A program made the translations under genes and the position numbers. A DNA stretch of 64,000 nucleotides from Chiloscyllium plagiosum (Eukaryota). The notes under the pieces were generated by a model. It ran no database searches and was not told where the DNA came from. It saw nothing but the letters and a program-made list of their open reading frames with translations. Below, piece after piece: positions 26,693-38,539 of this stretch (position 1 is its first letter; each line of letters begins with the position of its first letter). The stretch is taken from the NCBI RefSeq assembly GCF_004010195.1, contig NC_057718.1:87478606-87542605 (forward strand). Reading direction: 5' to 3'.

Positions 26693-27042
26693 AGTGCAAT
26701 GATGATCACCTGTAATGTGACATGAACCCAAGGTCCCGGTTGAGGCCCTCCCTGTGGGTACCGAACTTAGCTATCAGCCTCTGCTCAGCCACTGCTGGCC
26801 ACTCCTCGACAACCCAGACAGACACACACAGATAGTTAAAGACCCACATGCACACATATTTTGTGGGGTGAATTTGTACTTGCAGAGTTGCATTGTACTT
26901 TGCTCAAAAACTGCATGCATTCATGTAAAGCTCTGTTATCTCACTTTTTTTAGATTGATTCTAATCTAAACTTCTTGGCATAGACAGAGAACACAGGGTG
27001 CTAATACCCATTGTTAACAGCTAACCTGAGAATGCAACTTTT

Positions 27043-27202
27043 NNNNNNNNNNNNNNNNNNNNNNNNNNNNNNNNNNNNNNNNNNNNNNNNNNNNNNNNNN
27101 NNNNNNNNNNNNNNNNNNNNNNNNNNNNNNNNNNNNNNNNNNNNNNNNNNNNNNNNNNNNNNNNNNNNNNNNNNNNNNNNNNNNNNNNNNNNNNNNNNNN
27201 NN
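27043..27202. other. Assembly gap (160 N)
   Basis: Run of N between two same-orientation repeat copies. Confidence 1.
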
Positions 27203-27604
27203 CACATATATTTTGTGTGGTGAATATTTTTGTACTTGCAGAGTTACATTGCACTTTGCTCAAATACTACATCCATGCATGTAGAACTCTGAGCTCAAAA
27301 ACTGCATGAATTTATCTCACTTTTTAGATTGGAATCAATCTAAACATCAGGTCATAGACAGAGAACACAGGGGGCTAACACCTTCAACATATTGCCTAGC
27401 TATCACCATTGTTTACAGCTAACCCGAGAATGCAACTTTATAAAAAAAAGGGCTTTGTGATTTACACATGAAAGAAGTGAAACTATCACTGTATTCTAAC
27501 AGATGAAAGGCTTAACGGGCAATCAATTCTTCAATGTATAATTTCAGTTACATCACACTGCAAATTTTTGCTATAAATTGTGTTACGATCGAGCCCTCCA
27601 CAAT

Positions 27605-27639
27605 CACCTGATGAAGGAGTGTCGCTCCGAAAGCTAGTG
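27605..27639 (+). ncRNA. Minimal type I hammerhead ribozyme motif in a Penelope pLTR (core intact)
   Basis: CAC-CUGAUGA-A-GGAGU(GUC)GCUCC-GAAA-GC-UA-GUG: core boxes, 5-bp stem II, palindromic AGCU in place of stem III, 3-bp stem I. Confidence 0.6.
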
Positions 27640-27971
27640 TGCTGCCAATTAAACCTGTTGGACTATAACCTGGTGTTGTGTGATTTTTAATATTATTGAA
27701 TTGTAAGTTTAATGCCAGTAGTAAAATGTTCAATAGAACAACGTTATGTGGGCTTACTGATACAGGGAGCATGTACAGTATATGATACAGTGAATCTGTG
27801 ACAGGTGAAACAAGTCTGAAAGGTCATTGAATTGAAATATTAATTCTATCTCTCCATTGATATTGCCTGAATGACACTTTTGCATTATTTTTTCCTTATT
27901 TTCAGCATCCACAATACTTTGCTTCTGTCCTTATATTTTTTTAACCTTTCTGTTTTGATTTTGTTTTGAAG

Positions 27972-28137
27972 CTTGCCAAGCCTTAGACCATTGCTAGATG
28001 TCAATTATTTACCACTGACGGATATGCGAATAGCTCGTACTTTCTGTTTCACCAACAATGGACAGGCTCTATATCTGGTTTCCCCTACCGAGATCCAGCG
28101 CATCACCTACAGTCAGAGCACATGTGAGAATTTACAG
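27972..28137 (+). CDS. STXBP5: Tomosyn-1 exon (166 nt): (S)LPSLRPLLDVNYLPLTDMRIARTFCFTNNGQALYLVSPTEIQRITYSQSTCENLQ
   Basis: ttttgttttgaag| acceptor, TTACAG|gtaagg donor, phase 2-0. Inside ORF 27973..28173. Confidence 0.97.
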
Positions 28138-28739
28138 GTAAGGATCATTGAGATTGTTATCTTCTTCCAGTGAAAACTGTGCTACAGAAGCTAATTCTTA
28201 AATTAGTGCTTCTTCTTAAAGTATTCCTTCACTTGCACACCTTTTGTGCAGAAGTACATTCAGGAAATGCAGGTCACTGTATCGTTTGAGGTATTATTCT
28301 GATATTTGTAATGCAGGTGGAATTACTTATCAATCTGTTACCTCATTCCAGGTTCACAAAATTAATTTTTGCTTGTGTAGTGCGTAGCTGTGCAGCAACA
28401 GCACTTTTCTCTTGTATTTTGGCAGCTTAACAACAGGATGTGATAAGGCACTAATATGAGCAGAGACATTTCATCAAACAGAGGCTGCTTCTGACTGGTG
28501 CCAATGGTCAGCCTGTAAATCTTCTGCTTGCCCTCCATGCAAGCAGTGCTTAACTCTTCACTTGACATTTTGCCCGACAAATCTCCAACTCTGGCCCCTT
28601 GTGAATCTCTGATTTACTTCACCTCAGTATTGGTGGTCTTAACTTCAAATGCCTTGGCCCTAACTTTGGGATTTGTTCCCTCAACTTGAACTGTTCCTGT
28701 AAGATAAGCCTTATAATCTGGCTTTTTGTCACTGAAAAA

Positions 28740-29800
28740 TAAGAATGTAAGAAATAGAGGATGGAGAAGACTACATGGTCCATTGAGAACACTTCAGCAT
28801 TCAATATGATCATGGCTGACTTTGGGCTTCAGCTGTACTTTGCTGCCCATTCTTGTCCCATGGTTCCCCAAGGGATGTAAACTCTTGACAAACAAAACCT
28901 TAAACATATTCAAAGATGGTACGTCTGTAACCCTCAAGGATGTAGACTTCTAAAGGTTTGCATCACTGAGTTTAAAAAAAAATTATCCTCCTCTTAATCC
29001 TAAATTATCCTCCTTAATCCTAAATGATCTTTGCTGAAACTATTTCTTGTTTTAGATTCGCCAGCCAAGGAGACTGTCACTACTTAAACTTTCAAGCTCC
29101 TTCAATGTATTGAATGTTTCATTGAGCCCATCTGTCATTTTTTTAAATTCCAGAGAATGTAAGCCCAATTTATTCTGTTTCTCACCATTGGCCAACCCCC
29201 TCAGCCCAGAGACCAATTTGGTGTAACATTGTTGTAATGCCTTCAATGCACGTATATCCTTAAACGTGGAGACCACAATTGAACACTATTCCTGGTGTAA
29301 TTTTGCCAAAGCTTTATTCAGTTGTAGCAAGATTTCTTTGTTGTACTCCAGTTACAGTAAAGCACATACCATTTGCCTTCCCAGTTAGTTACTGTTCCTG
29401 CATGCTGAAACTTCCAGGTTTCACATCATATAAAAATGTTTCACTTTTCTATTCTTGTGATCAGTGAAGTTCTGATACTTTGACCCATTATACAGATTTG
29501 CATCTAGCTTGCATTTTTACTTAGTTTTACCAGCAAACTTAGATACGCTATTCTGTCTCTTCTACATTGTTAATAAAACTTGTAAATAACTGAGGCCCAG
29601 CATTTATTTTGCAGCACTCCGTTAGTCACAGTCTGCTAACTCAAAAATGCCCCAAGCATATTCTCTATTTCCTTTCCATGCACAAATCCTCTGTTAATTT
29701 TGATATCTTCATATTTCCTGGGCTTATTTTGGAATCTAGCAAATTTTAGAAAATGAAAGTCAATTCATCCATCATATCTGTAGTTTCTTGATCTATATTC
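28740..29800 (-). mobile_element. Old CR1 LINE 3' fragment
   Basis: ORF 29052..29276 (KDIRALKALQQCYTKLVSGLRGL...LGLHSLEFKKM) and aagaatgtaagaaatagag-type tail. Confidence 0.7.
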
Positions 29801-30919
29801 TATTTGAAGACTGAAGTTCCCCACAAAAGTTACATTGTCTTTGTAACAAGCTCCAATAATTTCTGGTTTAATTATCCATCCAAAGAGAAAACAACTATTA
29901 TGCCTATAAATTATTGCAAGCCTTTTCTGGCCTTTTGCTATTCCAAACCTCTACTCATACTCATTGATGTCTAAGCCAAGATCTTTTCTCTTCCCTTACT
30001 ATCAGGTTTACCTCCCATCCCCCCCCTTTTATATTTTGCCTGCCCTTTCGAAATGTAAGATTATCCTGGAATATTTATTTCCCAACTTTGGTTATTTCAT
30101 CACCATTATATTTATGTATGTTTGTGCCACTAGTTTATCTCCCTTATTGTCAATGCTTCATGTAGTCTGATAAGGTGAGGTCACTTTTTTTTAATATATC
30201 TCCTGATAATATCACCTTGAGTATCCTAGTGTTAATTTGACTGATGATGCTCCAGTATACTGCCTTGAAATGCTTACTATATTAAGGATGCCATATAATT
30301 GCAAGTTGCTGCCTTTGCATGTGCATGCTCACGTTTTCCACTAATGCTGAAGTACAGGAGGAGAGGTGGACCTTGGCTTAGGCCCTGTACAGGTGTGCAC
30401 CAATTCCAAGTTCCAGTTTAAGCTGTGACAATTCAGATTGGTTGCTGTCACTTTCTCATTTCGTAGCTTTACGTTTTGGCAAACAGTGTTTTGGTTTCTT
30501 TGGCAATTGCATACAGTTGTCTCCTCATTCTACGAAATTGCTTTACTGATTTGTGCTTTTAAGTCTTTCTAATGCTCAAACTGTCTTATTAAGTTTGAAC
30601 AATTCCATGGACACGTGTGCAGGATTATGATTTATTCAAAGTTCCTTTTGAATTTGGTCAACTTTAGCTTCAGCATTTAGTGCAAGCCTCTGTTGAATTC
30701 CACAAATCCTTCTGTGTGGTAAACATGTCTTAACTATCGGCTACAAAGTACTACTCTCGCCCTCTGCCATCAGATTTATCTGTGGCTCTTGGCTGGATCA
30801 GCTTGAGGCAGGTGGAAAGAGTTGATAGCACTGTAGCGAGTTTCCGTGGGCAATTTTTAATTCACTTTTATCTTCAATGGAAAACCTAGACAAGGTGGCA
30901 GCATCGGAACTGAGTGAGT

Positions 30920-31880
30920 GGTGTTCAGAGACACCCAGACCCCCTTGCACCTCCCCGTTTCCCAATCCATTGCCATCCACATAATTATCTGCCTTCTAGT
31001 GTTTGCTACCAAGACGGATTACCTAACATTTAACCATGTTACATTTCATGTGCCACACATTTGTCTCCTCACTGAACGCTTCCAAATCACAATGAAACAT
31101 TTCTGCATCCTCTTCACAGCTCACCTCCCCACCCAGCTTTGTACCATCTGCAATCCTGGAAATATTACATTTAGTTTCCTCTCCCAAATCATAAGTATAT
31201 ATTGTGAGTAGCTAGGGTACTCCTTTCATCCTCTGGGTGGGGGGGAAACATACTCATTTATTCCTACTCTTTGCTTCTTGTATGTCAAATAGCTTTCTAT
31301 CTGTGCCAGTGCACTATCCCCCTACAAGTCGAAATCCTTTATCCGAAATGCTTAGGACCAGCTGTTTTTCGGAATTCAGAATTTTTCAGTTTTCAGTGTG
31401 TGACAGTTTAATTGTGAGATTTTTAATAATCTTACCGGAGGAGCAGACTTCCAAGAAAGAAGGTGCTTGGCCTCCCCGCCTACATCTCATCTGAATGACA
31501 CACATAGAGAGGGTGTCGACTTGGGGACGTTCACAGAGAAACCTCAGGCCTGTTGGTGCTTGGCCACGCCCCCCCCCCCCTCCCAAGTCACATCTGAGTG
31601 ACACGAATCAAGTTGGTGTCGACTTGAGTTAACTGTTTGCTCACTAAACAACCTTGTTAATGAGAAAAAAACTTCACAAAAACTTTCGGATTTCAGAGCT
31701 TTTCAGTTTTGGATGTTCAGAGAAAGGATCTTCTATCTGTAGTCCCATTTAATTTTGCATGTTAATTTCTTAAGTGGTATTTATTTGAAAGCCTTTTGCA
31801 AGTCCAAGTAAATTACGTTCACCGGCTTCCCCTTATCGTCTTCACTATTTACATCTTCAAAACCATTCCAGTAGATTTGT
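30920..31880 (-). mobile_element. CR1 LINE RT fragment, interrupted by a MITE
   Basis: Antisense CR1 RT sequence (VDV.YLD..KAF; K.ADGTKLGG.V); stops about 30 nt before the exon at 31910. Confidence 0.75.
31325..31739 (+). mobile_element. Tigger4/MER46-like MITE (415 bp)
   Basis: ta|caagtcgaaatcctttatccgaaatgcttaggaccag ... ttcagagaaaggatcttctatctg|ta; subterminal TTCGGA/TTCAGA repeats. Confidence 0.75.
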
Positions 31881-31909
31881 GTAAATGAATAATATTTTAT
31901 TTTCTCTAG

Positions 31910-32021
31910 GAAATGCTTGGCGAACTATTCACTCCTGTGGAAACACCAGAAGCTCCAAACAGAGGATTCTTTAAAGGCTTGTTTGGTGGTGGTGCACAGT
32001 CACTGGACAGAGAAGAACTTT
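31910..32021 (+). CDS. STXBP5: Tomosyn-1 exon (112 nt): EMLGELFTPVETPEAPNRGFFKGLFGGGAQSLDREEL(F)
   Basis: ttttctctag| acceptor, CTTT|gtaagt donor, phase 0-1. Translated by hand; matches the tomosyn tail region. Confidence 0.96.
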
Positions 32022-32122
32022 GTAAGTACTGTAAGATATAGCAAAAGTAAGCCAATTGGTCCATTTGAGTATCCTACCTTATCTCCATAACCCATGATAC
32101 CCTTGCTGATTTAAAAACTTGT

Positions 32123-32635
32123 TGTGACTATGCAGCTCCTTTAACAAGGTTATATTGTCCTTGGCTTTTTCCAAAAAGATTGAATGAGGCAAGAGATGCC
32201 AAGAGGTCTGGCTTAGATTGGCTCTAAAACCTATGTGATTATAGCTAACATATACTGCCTCAGACAAAAGGCTTTCAAGTTAAAGAACACTTGTTCTTTA
32301 TGGATGGAGGGTGGCCAGTTCTCCCAGCTCAGCTTTTCTCTGGTTTGGTTTTAGCAGTCTGGCTGTGGAGTTTAAGCTGGTCACAAAGAAACAGCGACAT
32401 GTAAGAATGTGTTCCATGCTGAATCTCTCTGCCATCTCTCTCTCCTGTAAGACCCTGTGTTTGATTTTACATTTTATGCCAAAAGGTGTTTATGGGGATA
32501 GTTGATAGTAGTTGGAACAGCATCATTAAGTTGGGTTTTTGGATAAGTTAATTTATTCTATATTCTGTTCTCTTTTTTTTATGTTTCATTCAGTAATCTT
32601 GCAAATAAATTTGGTTTTGTTTAAAACTAAGTGGG
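32123..32635 (+). mobile_element. Probable truncated solo LTR
   Basis: Starts with TG (tgtgactatgcagctcc), is non-coding and has an internal AATAAA near 32604. No 3' CA or TSD found, so the class is tentative. Confidence 0.35.
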
Positions 32636-33724
32636 TGCGAGAGTGCAGGGTGTGTGCAAGACTGCAGGGCATAGGATAATTGTACATTAAAAAGAGAGAA
32701 GAGACCACGTGCAGTGATGGAGAAATAATGAAAATTGGAGAGATTACTGAAGCAGAAGTCAATCCCTCTTTCATAACTGTTTATTTGCATTTCATAATTC
32801 ATAATTCAGCACGAACTCCAGTCAGCTGTCTTCATAACCAACCTTCCTTCCAGCCTTTTTATTTTAAATTCACCTGTTCTAACGTGTTATCATCCACCTC
32901 TGGAAAATATGGGACTTGAGCCCCAGCCTTCTGGCTCAGAAGTTGGGATGCTATTACTACACCACAGGAGACCCCTTGACCCACTATATTCAGGAAAAAA
33001 AGGCCTTTTTTCGAATCTTTGCTATGTCTTCCAGCTCCACATGCATATTGCCACTGAGGTCCCTAATAGGACCTACCCTTTCCCTGGTTATTCTCTTACC
33101 CACAATGTGGTACTTATGGTTATTTTCTAATCAACCCACTCAGATGTTATTACACACTTCTGGATTAGGTAGGCCTTGGACCCCGGGTCTTCTGACTCAG
33201 CAATACCACTGAACCTCAACCACCAACCCCTTTGATAAATACGCTAGTGAGCTTCCACTTTCTCTAATATGTTTGGAGCATAACCTGATTCATTTACTCT
33301 TGGGCTGTAATGGCACAGGGTAGTGTCTCTACTGCTGGACCAGGAAACCTGCATTTGAGTGCCACCTGTTCCAGAGGTGTGTCATAATATCTTTGAACAA
33401 GTTGATTAGAACTACCAAGAAACATGAAAACCTGGTTCATTTACTCTTGAGCTTTAATGGCGCACAGTGTCAAAAATATCTATCTGAATCATGGTTAACT
33501 TGGGTGATTTGCTGGCAGTTTTTTAAAAAAAAAAGGGGTGCCAAAAAGCACATGCGGATGCAAGACAAACCTGGTTCATTCTTCCCATTGTAAATGATGG
33601 TCCCTTTATCAAGGTCAATGATGATAGGGGAATTAGTGAGAGTTAAAATAGGTGTGGCTATTTTTGACTTGGGGCAAAATGTTCTTCGCACTTAATTTGA
33701 TAAAGGAGAAAAGAGCAATTAGAA

Positions 33725-34470
33725 TCAGAGTCATAGAGGTGTACAGCACAGAAACAAACCCTTTGGTCCAACTCGTCTCTGCCGTCCAGATATCCTAAAC
33801 TAATCTAGTCCTATTTGACAGCACTTGGCCCATGTCCCCCTCAATTCTTTCTATTCATATAACCATCCAGATGCCTTTTAAATGTAATTGTACCAGCCTC
33901 CACAATTCCTCTGGCAGCTCAATCCATCCACGCGCCACTGCCTGCATTAAAGAGTTGCCCCTTAGGTTACTTCTAAACCTTACCCCCTCATCGTAAACAT
34001 ATGCCCTCTAGTTCTGGACTCCCCCACCCCAGGGAAAAGATTTTGTCTATTTATCTATCCATGCCATCATGATATTATAAACCTCTATAAGGTCACCCCT
34101 CAGTCTTCGCTCCAGGGAAAAGAGCCCCAGCCTATTCAGCCTCCAAACCCTGGCAACATGCTTACAAATCTTTTCTGAACCCTTTCAAGTTTCACAACAT
34201 CCTTCCTACATCAGGGAGACCAGAATTGCGCACACTATTCTAAAAGTAGCCTAACCGATGTCCTGTACAGCCACAACATGACCTTTCAACTCCTGTACTC
34301 AATGCTCTGACCAATAAAGGAAAGCATACTAAATGCTGCCTTCACTATCCTATCTACCTGCGACTCCATTTTCAAGTAACTAGGAACTTGCACTCCAAGG
34401 TTTCTTTGTACAGCCACACCTTACTATTAAGTCCTGCCCTGATTTAACTTTCCAAAATGCAGCACCTCCC
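33725..34470 (-). mobile_element. CR1 LINE 3' fragment
   Basis: Begins with the reverse of the CR1 tail (agagtcatagag.tgtacagca); antisense to 59330-60093. Confidence 0.9.
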
Positions 34471-36290
34471 ATTTATCGAAAAGAAATTCCAGATCTTCGG
34501 CCACAGCAACTGAAGACGCAGCTACCAGAAGTGGAATAATTAAAGACTTGGTCATGCATGAAGCTAAATGCAAATGGCTGAGCTTGGGGCAGTAAAGAAG
34601 TTATGAAAATGGAATGGCACAACACCATGGAGGACTTTAAGCTCAAGTGATACATGAAGAGGACTTGGTGCAGTTGAGGGGGATTTTTAGAACTGCCTCA
34701 AGTTTATGGAGGCTGAAAGATGTGTTGCTGGCCAGGAGTGAAGTTATTAATAAATCCTAGAAGTAACACAGCCATGGATGTGGGTTTCAGTGTGAGTTCA
34801 AGTCCGGTGATGTTTAAGTGCGTGAAATTGGAGATATCATGGATATTTGCTTACAGGCTCATCTTGGGGTCAGATGTGATATTAAGGTTGCAAATGAAGT
34901 ACTTCAGAGGTATAGCTGTGCATAGAGCAATGGATCAATAAGTTAGTATTGGAAAGGGCAATTGAAGTGATATGCTTTGAACAGGCTTTCAAAGAAGAAA
35001 AGCAGAAAATTGTAGATCATGTTTTCCCATGAGGTTGAGGATAGACAGCTAAAGAACAATGACTGAGGATGAAGCAAAACTAAGGAAACCTGAATATATT
35101 CAGAAGTAGAGTAAACAGTTGCATTTATGTGATAGCTTTCATAGCTTGTGGCTGTCCTAAAGCCTTTCACAGTTAACAAATACCTTTTAGAGTTATGTTT
35201 GTTTCAGATGAGTGGAGTTCTTAGGGAATGCAGAAATGATGGAAATGGTGAGGTTCAAGTCATGGGAGAGCAAGCATTTGAATGAGATAGAAACATAATG
35301 GAAGTTGAAGAGCACAATAGCATTAAAAATGTTTCACCTGACAAAGGAGCAGCTCTCTGAAAGATTGTGATTTCAAGTAAACCTGTTGAACTATGATGTG
35401 TGTTGTGTGACTTCTGATTTTGTCTACCCCATTCCAACACTACCATCTCTACATGATGGCATTAAAAATGAATCTGTATTTTTGGCTGTGTTGAATGTAA
35501 GGGACAGAAATTGGAAAAACCAAGCAATAAATGACTGAAATGTGGAACACTGGGAATCCCCAGACTCGTGTCAGCATCATATTTTATACTTGCCCAGTCC
35601 ATGAACAGTTCAGATTACAGGAGGCCCAGTGCAGACTTTAATGGAGTTCTGTCACTCCGTGTAACCACTGAAGCTTACTTCCTATTTAAATAACCTTGTG
35701 AATGGTTGAACTTTGTTTGCAGTTGGGTTGAAATGTTAATTATTGCTGTTCTTTTTTTTTTTACTTGTGTGGGTGGCCAGCATTTACTGTTCTTCCCTTG
35801 TTGCCCTTGAGAAGGTTGTGGTGAGCTGCTGTCTTGAACCACTTCAGTCCATGTGGTGTAGGTTGACCAACAATGCATCCGTTGCCTTGGTCCTTGCAGA
35901 TGAAAGTGTTCGTGGATTTGGAAGATGCATTCTAAGATCTTTGAATTTCTGCAGTGCATCAGGACCTGGTCGGTGTATTTGGCTTTCCTGTACACTTGAT
36001 AGAACTCTAGCTAGAGAGAGAATAGCCACTCTTGGACAAGGAGAGCAGACAGTACAACAGGGAACCTATCATCAAGGACTGTATGTTCAAACTATGAGAT
36101 CTGTGCTTGATGACACATTTCACATTCAACAACCAAATATATGAAGAGATCAATGGAACACTTATGGGCTCACCTATCTCTGTGCTCTCAGCAGAAGCAG
36201 TGATGCAAAGATCGCTACAAACCACCTTACCCAAACTCTGGCTCAGATACTTCAACGACACTTTTGTTATCATTTAAGAGAACAGAAATT

Positions 36291-36626
36291 ATGGGCGGCA
36301 CGGTGGATGGGCGGCACGGTGGCACAGTGGTTATCACTGCTGCCTCACAGCGCCAGAGACCCGGATTCAATTCCCGCCTCAGGCGACTGACTGTGTGGAG
36401 TTTGCACGTTCTCCCCGTGTCTGCGTGGGTTTCCTCCGGGTGCTCCGGTTTCCTCCCACCATCCAAAGATGTGTAGGGTCAGGTGAATTGGCCATACTAA
36501 ATTGCCCATAGTGTTAGGTAAGGGGTAAATGTAGGGGTATGGGTGGGTTTCGCTTCGGCGGGTCGGTGTGGACTTGTTGGGCCGAAGGGCCTGTTTCCAC
36601 ACTGTAATCTAATCTAATCTAATCTA
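36291..36626 (+). mobile_element. Full-length HE1-type V-SINE with duplicated 16-nt head
   Basis: atgggcggcacggtgg x2, A/B boxes, V domain, (AATCT)4 tail; aaatt on both flanks. Confidence 0.95.
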
Positions 36627-37161
36627 AAATTGAGAACACACACCCGATTGACAACACCATATTCACAAGGATCAGATTTATGAGAGAGGAGGAAACCAAC
36701 ATTTAACTCCCATTCCTGGATGTGATGGTACCTCAAAAATGTGCAAGAAAGCCACACATACCAATCAGCTCCTGAATTACAACAGCAACCACCCAAACGC
36801 ACGGAAGAACCTGCATTAGGACATGTTCAAAAGGGCTAAAACACACTGCAGCACTCCTGACCTGCAAAGCAAGGAAGAAGGACACCCCTATAGAGTATTC
36901 ACCAAGAAAAGATATACCCGCAATTTAATCTGTAGTTGCCGAATAGACAGACAATGCATCGAGGGTATGCCATGACCTAACTCACTAGCCATGCTACCTT
37001 TCATAAAAAATATCTAGGAACTGCCAGGCAGACTTCTCTGACCACTAGGGCTCATTGCAGCCCATAAACCAACAGCCGTGCTCAGACAACAACTCACCAG
37101 GAGAAAAGATCCTACACCCAAAGATTTACAAGATTCCATGCAAAGACTGCATGAAACACTA

Positions 37162-37950
37162 TAGAGGAACCTCAATTGTCTGAACAAGATGGGCAGGCAC
37201 TATTTCGTTCGGATAATTGAGTATTCGGTTAATTGATATCCTCTGGGTCTTGGAGTTTTCTGATCAGGAGACTAGGCAGCAGCATACTGCACACGAGACC
37301 CTGCCTGCCTGCAACCCTGTCGGCTCCCAACCCCGCCCACTCCTGTCTCCTCGCCCGCCTCTCTTCCCAACCCCCCCCTCCAAAACCATGTCAGTTCCCA
37401 TCCCACCCTCTAACCAACCCCAATCCCCCGTCCATAGCCACCTGCCATCCAACCACCGTCCGCGCCCCTGCCCCTTGTTCTCTTCACCCTCCACCCCCCA
37501 GCCCCTCCGGGGCAGCCGGACTGTACACCAGCAGTAAGACTGCCTCTGCCTTTGTGGGGTAAGTCTCCAAATAGTGCGGGCCCACAGAGAGAGACGCAAC
37601 TTTTCGACAAGTTCCCACTCTGCCCTGTACAGGGCAATGTCGGAGAGATTATCTAAGGAAGGGGTGTTCAGAGTACGCCTCTGTGTAGAACTCCAGGGAA
37701 AGTGTGGGAGGAGAGAGCGCGGACAGGAGGTCAGTCATTTAGAGACAGTGCCTGGGCTCCCATCAGTCCAGACAGTTCTCGACTCCATTTCAGTGAGCCA
37801 AGTTAGTTTTTAATCATTGTATCTGTAAACAAAAGACACAATCAGGGTTGAAACAGCTCTTTGAGGTAATGTTCCTATCGGAACCTTGAGATCTCCTTTG
37901 GATAATCTGTTATTTGGATAATTGATACTTGGACAATTGAGTTTCCTCTG
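37162..37950 (-). mobile_element. Second copy of the CAGAGGAACCTC MITE, inverted relative to 21233-21962
   Basis: Decayed TIRs tagaggaacctcaattgtctgaa / ttggacaattgagtttcctctg|ta; internal sequence is the reverse complement of the first copy. Confidence 0.88.
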
Positions 37951-38539
37951 TATAGGGCAAACAGGCAGACAATTAGCAATCCACATCCACAAATATCAAC
38001 TAGCCATTAAATGCCACAACCAGCTGTCCCTAGTAGCCATATACACAGATGACAAGGACCACAAATTGACTGGGGCAACACAATGATCATAGGACAAGCT
38101 AAACATCGGACACCCAGAAGAATTGTTTCTAGAAGCATGACGCTCAGCCACGGACTTCATCAACAAGCACATTGACCTACACTCAATATACCAACCACTA
38201 CAATGAACACCGGAACCGGCAACTGGAAGCAGCAGAAACAGAACCAGTTAAATCAACCAACGCTTCACAGGAGGCTCCTAAACTCTGAAGGTGTCACCTA
38301 GACAGGACGCAATGTCTGCAAGTCAACTTCACAGCTCAGTGAACGTACCCACAACCACGACAACTGGCATCCGAGCTACAAATCTTTAGATAAACCTTGA
38401 GACTTAACATTTATGTAGTGACCCTTCCTCAGAAGTGATAATACCATTAATTCTGAGGAAGCGTCACTGGACCCAAAACATTAACTCAGATTTCTCTTCA
38501 CCTGTTAACTATATAGTTTTGCTCCGGTTCCTTGATGCC

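Larger units (their letters stand above)
25960..27690. mobile_element. Penelope-like element: endonuclease C-terminus plus inverted and tandem terminal repeats (pLTRs)
   Basis: Minus strand 26793-26706 encodes VAEQRLIAKFGTHREGLNRDLGFMSHYR* (GIY-YIG end). Arms of about 490 bp at ~25992-26488 and ~27203-27690 are inverted; a partial third copy lies at ~26810-27042. Confidence 0.85.
35990..38400 (+). mobile_element. Decayed Penelope-like element (RT, GIY-YIG, pLTR) carrying nested HE1 SINE and MITE
   Basis: Peptides INGTLMGSPIS, PKLWLRYFNDTFVII, PFLDVMV, YKIPCKDCMKHY..GQTGRQLAIHIH; decayed hammerhead-like ctgaaggtgtcacctagacaggacgcaatgtc at 38285. Confidence 0.85.

Noticed and set aside
27001..27263. 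Poly-X ORFs
   Set aside because: Artefacts of the 160-N assembly gap.
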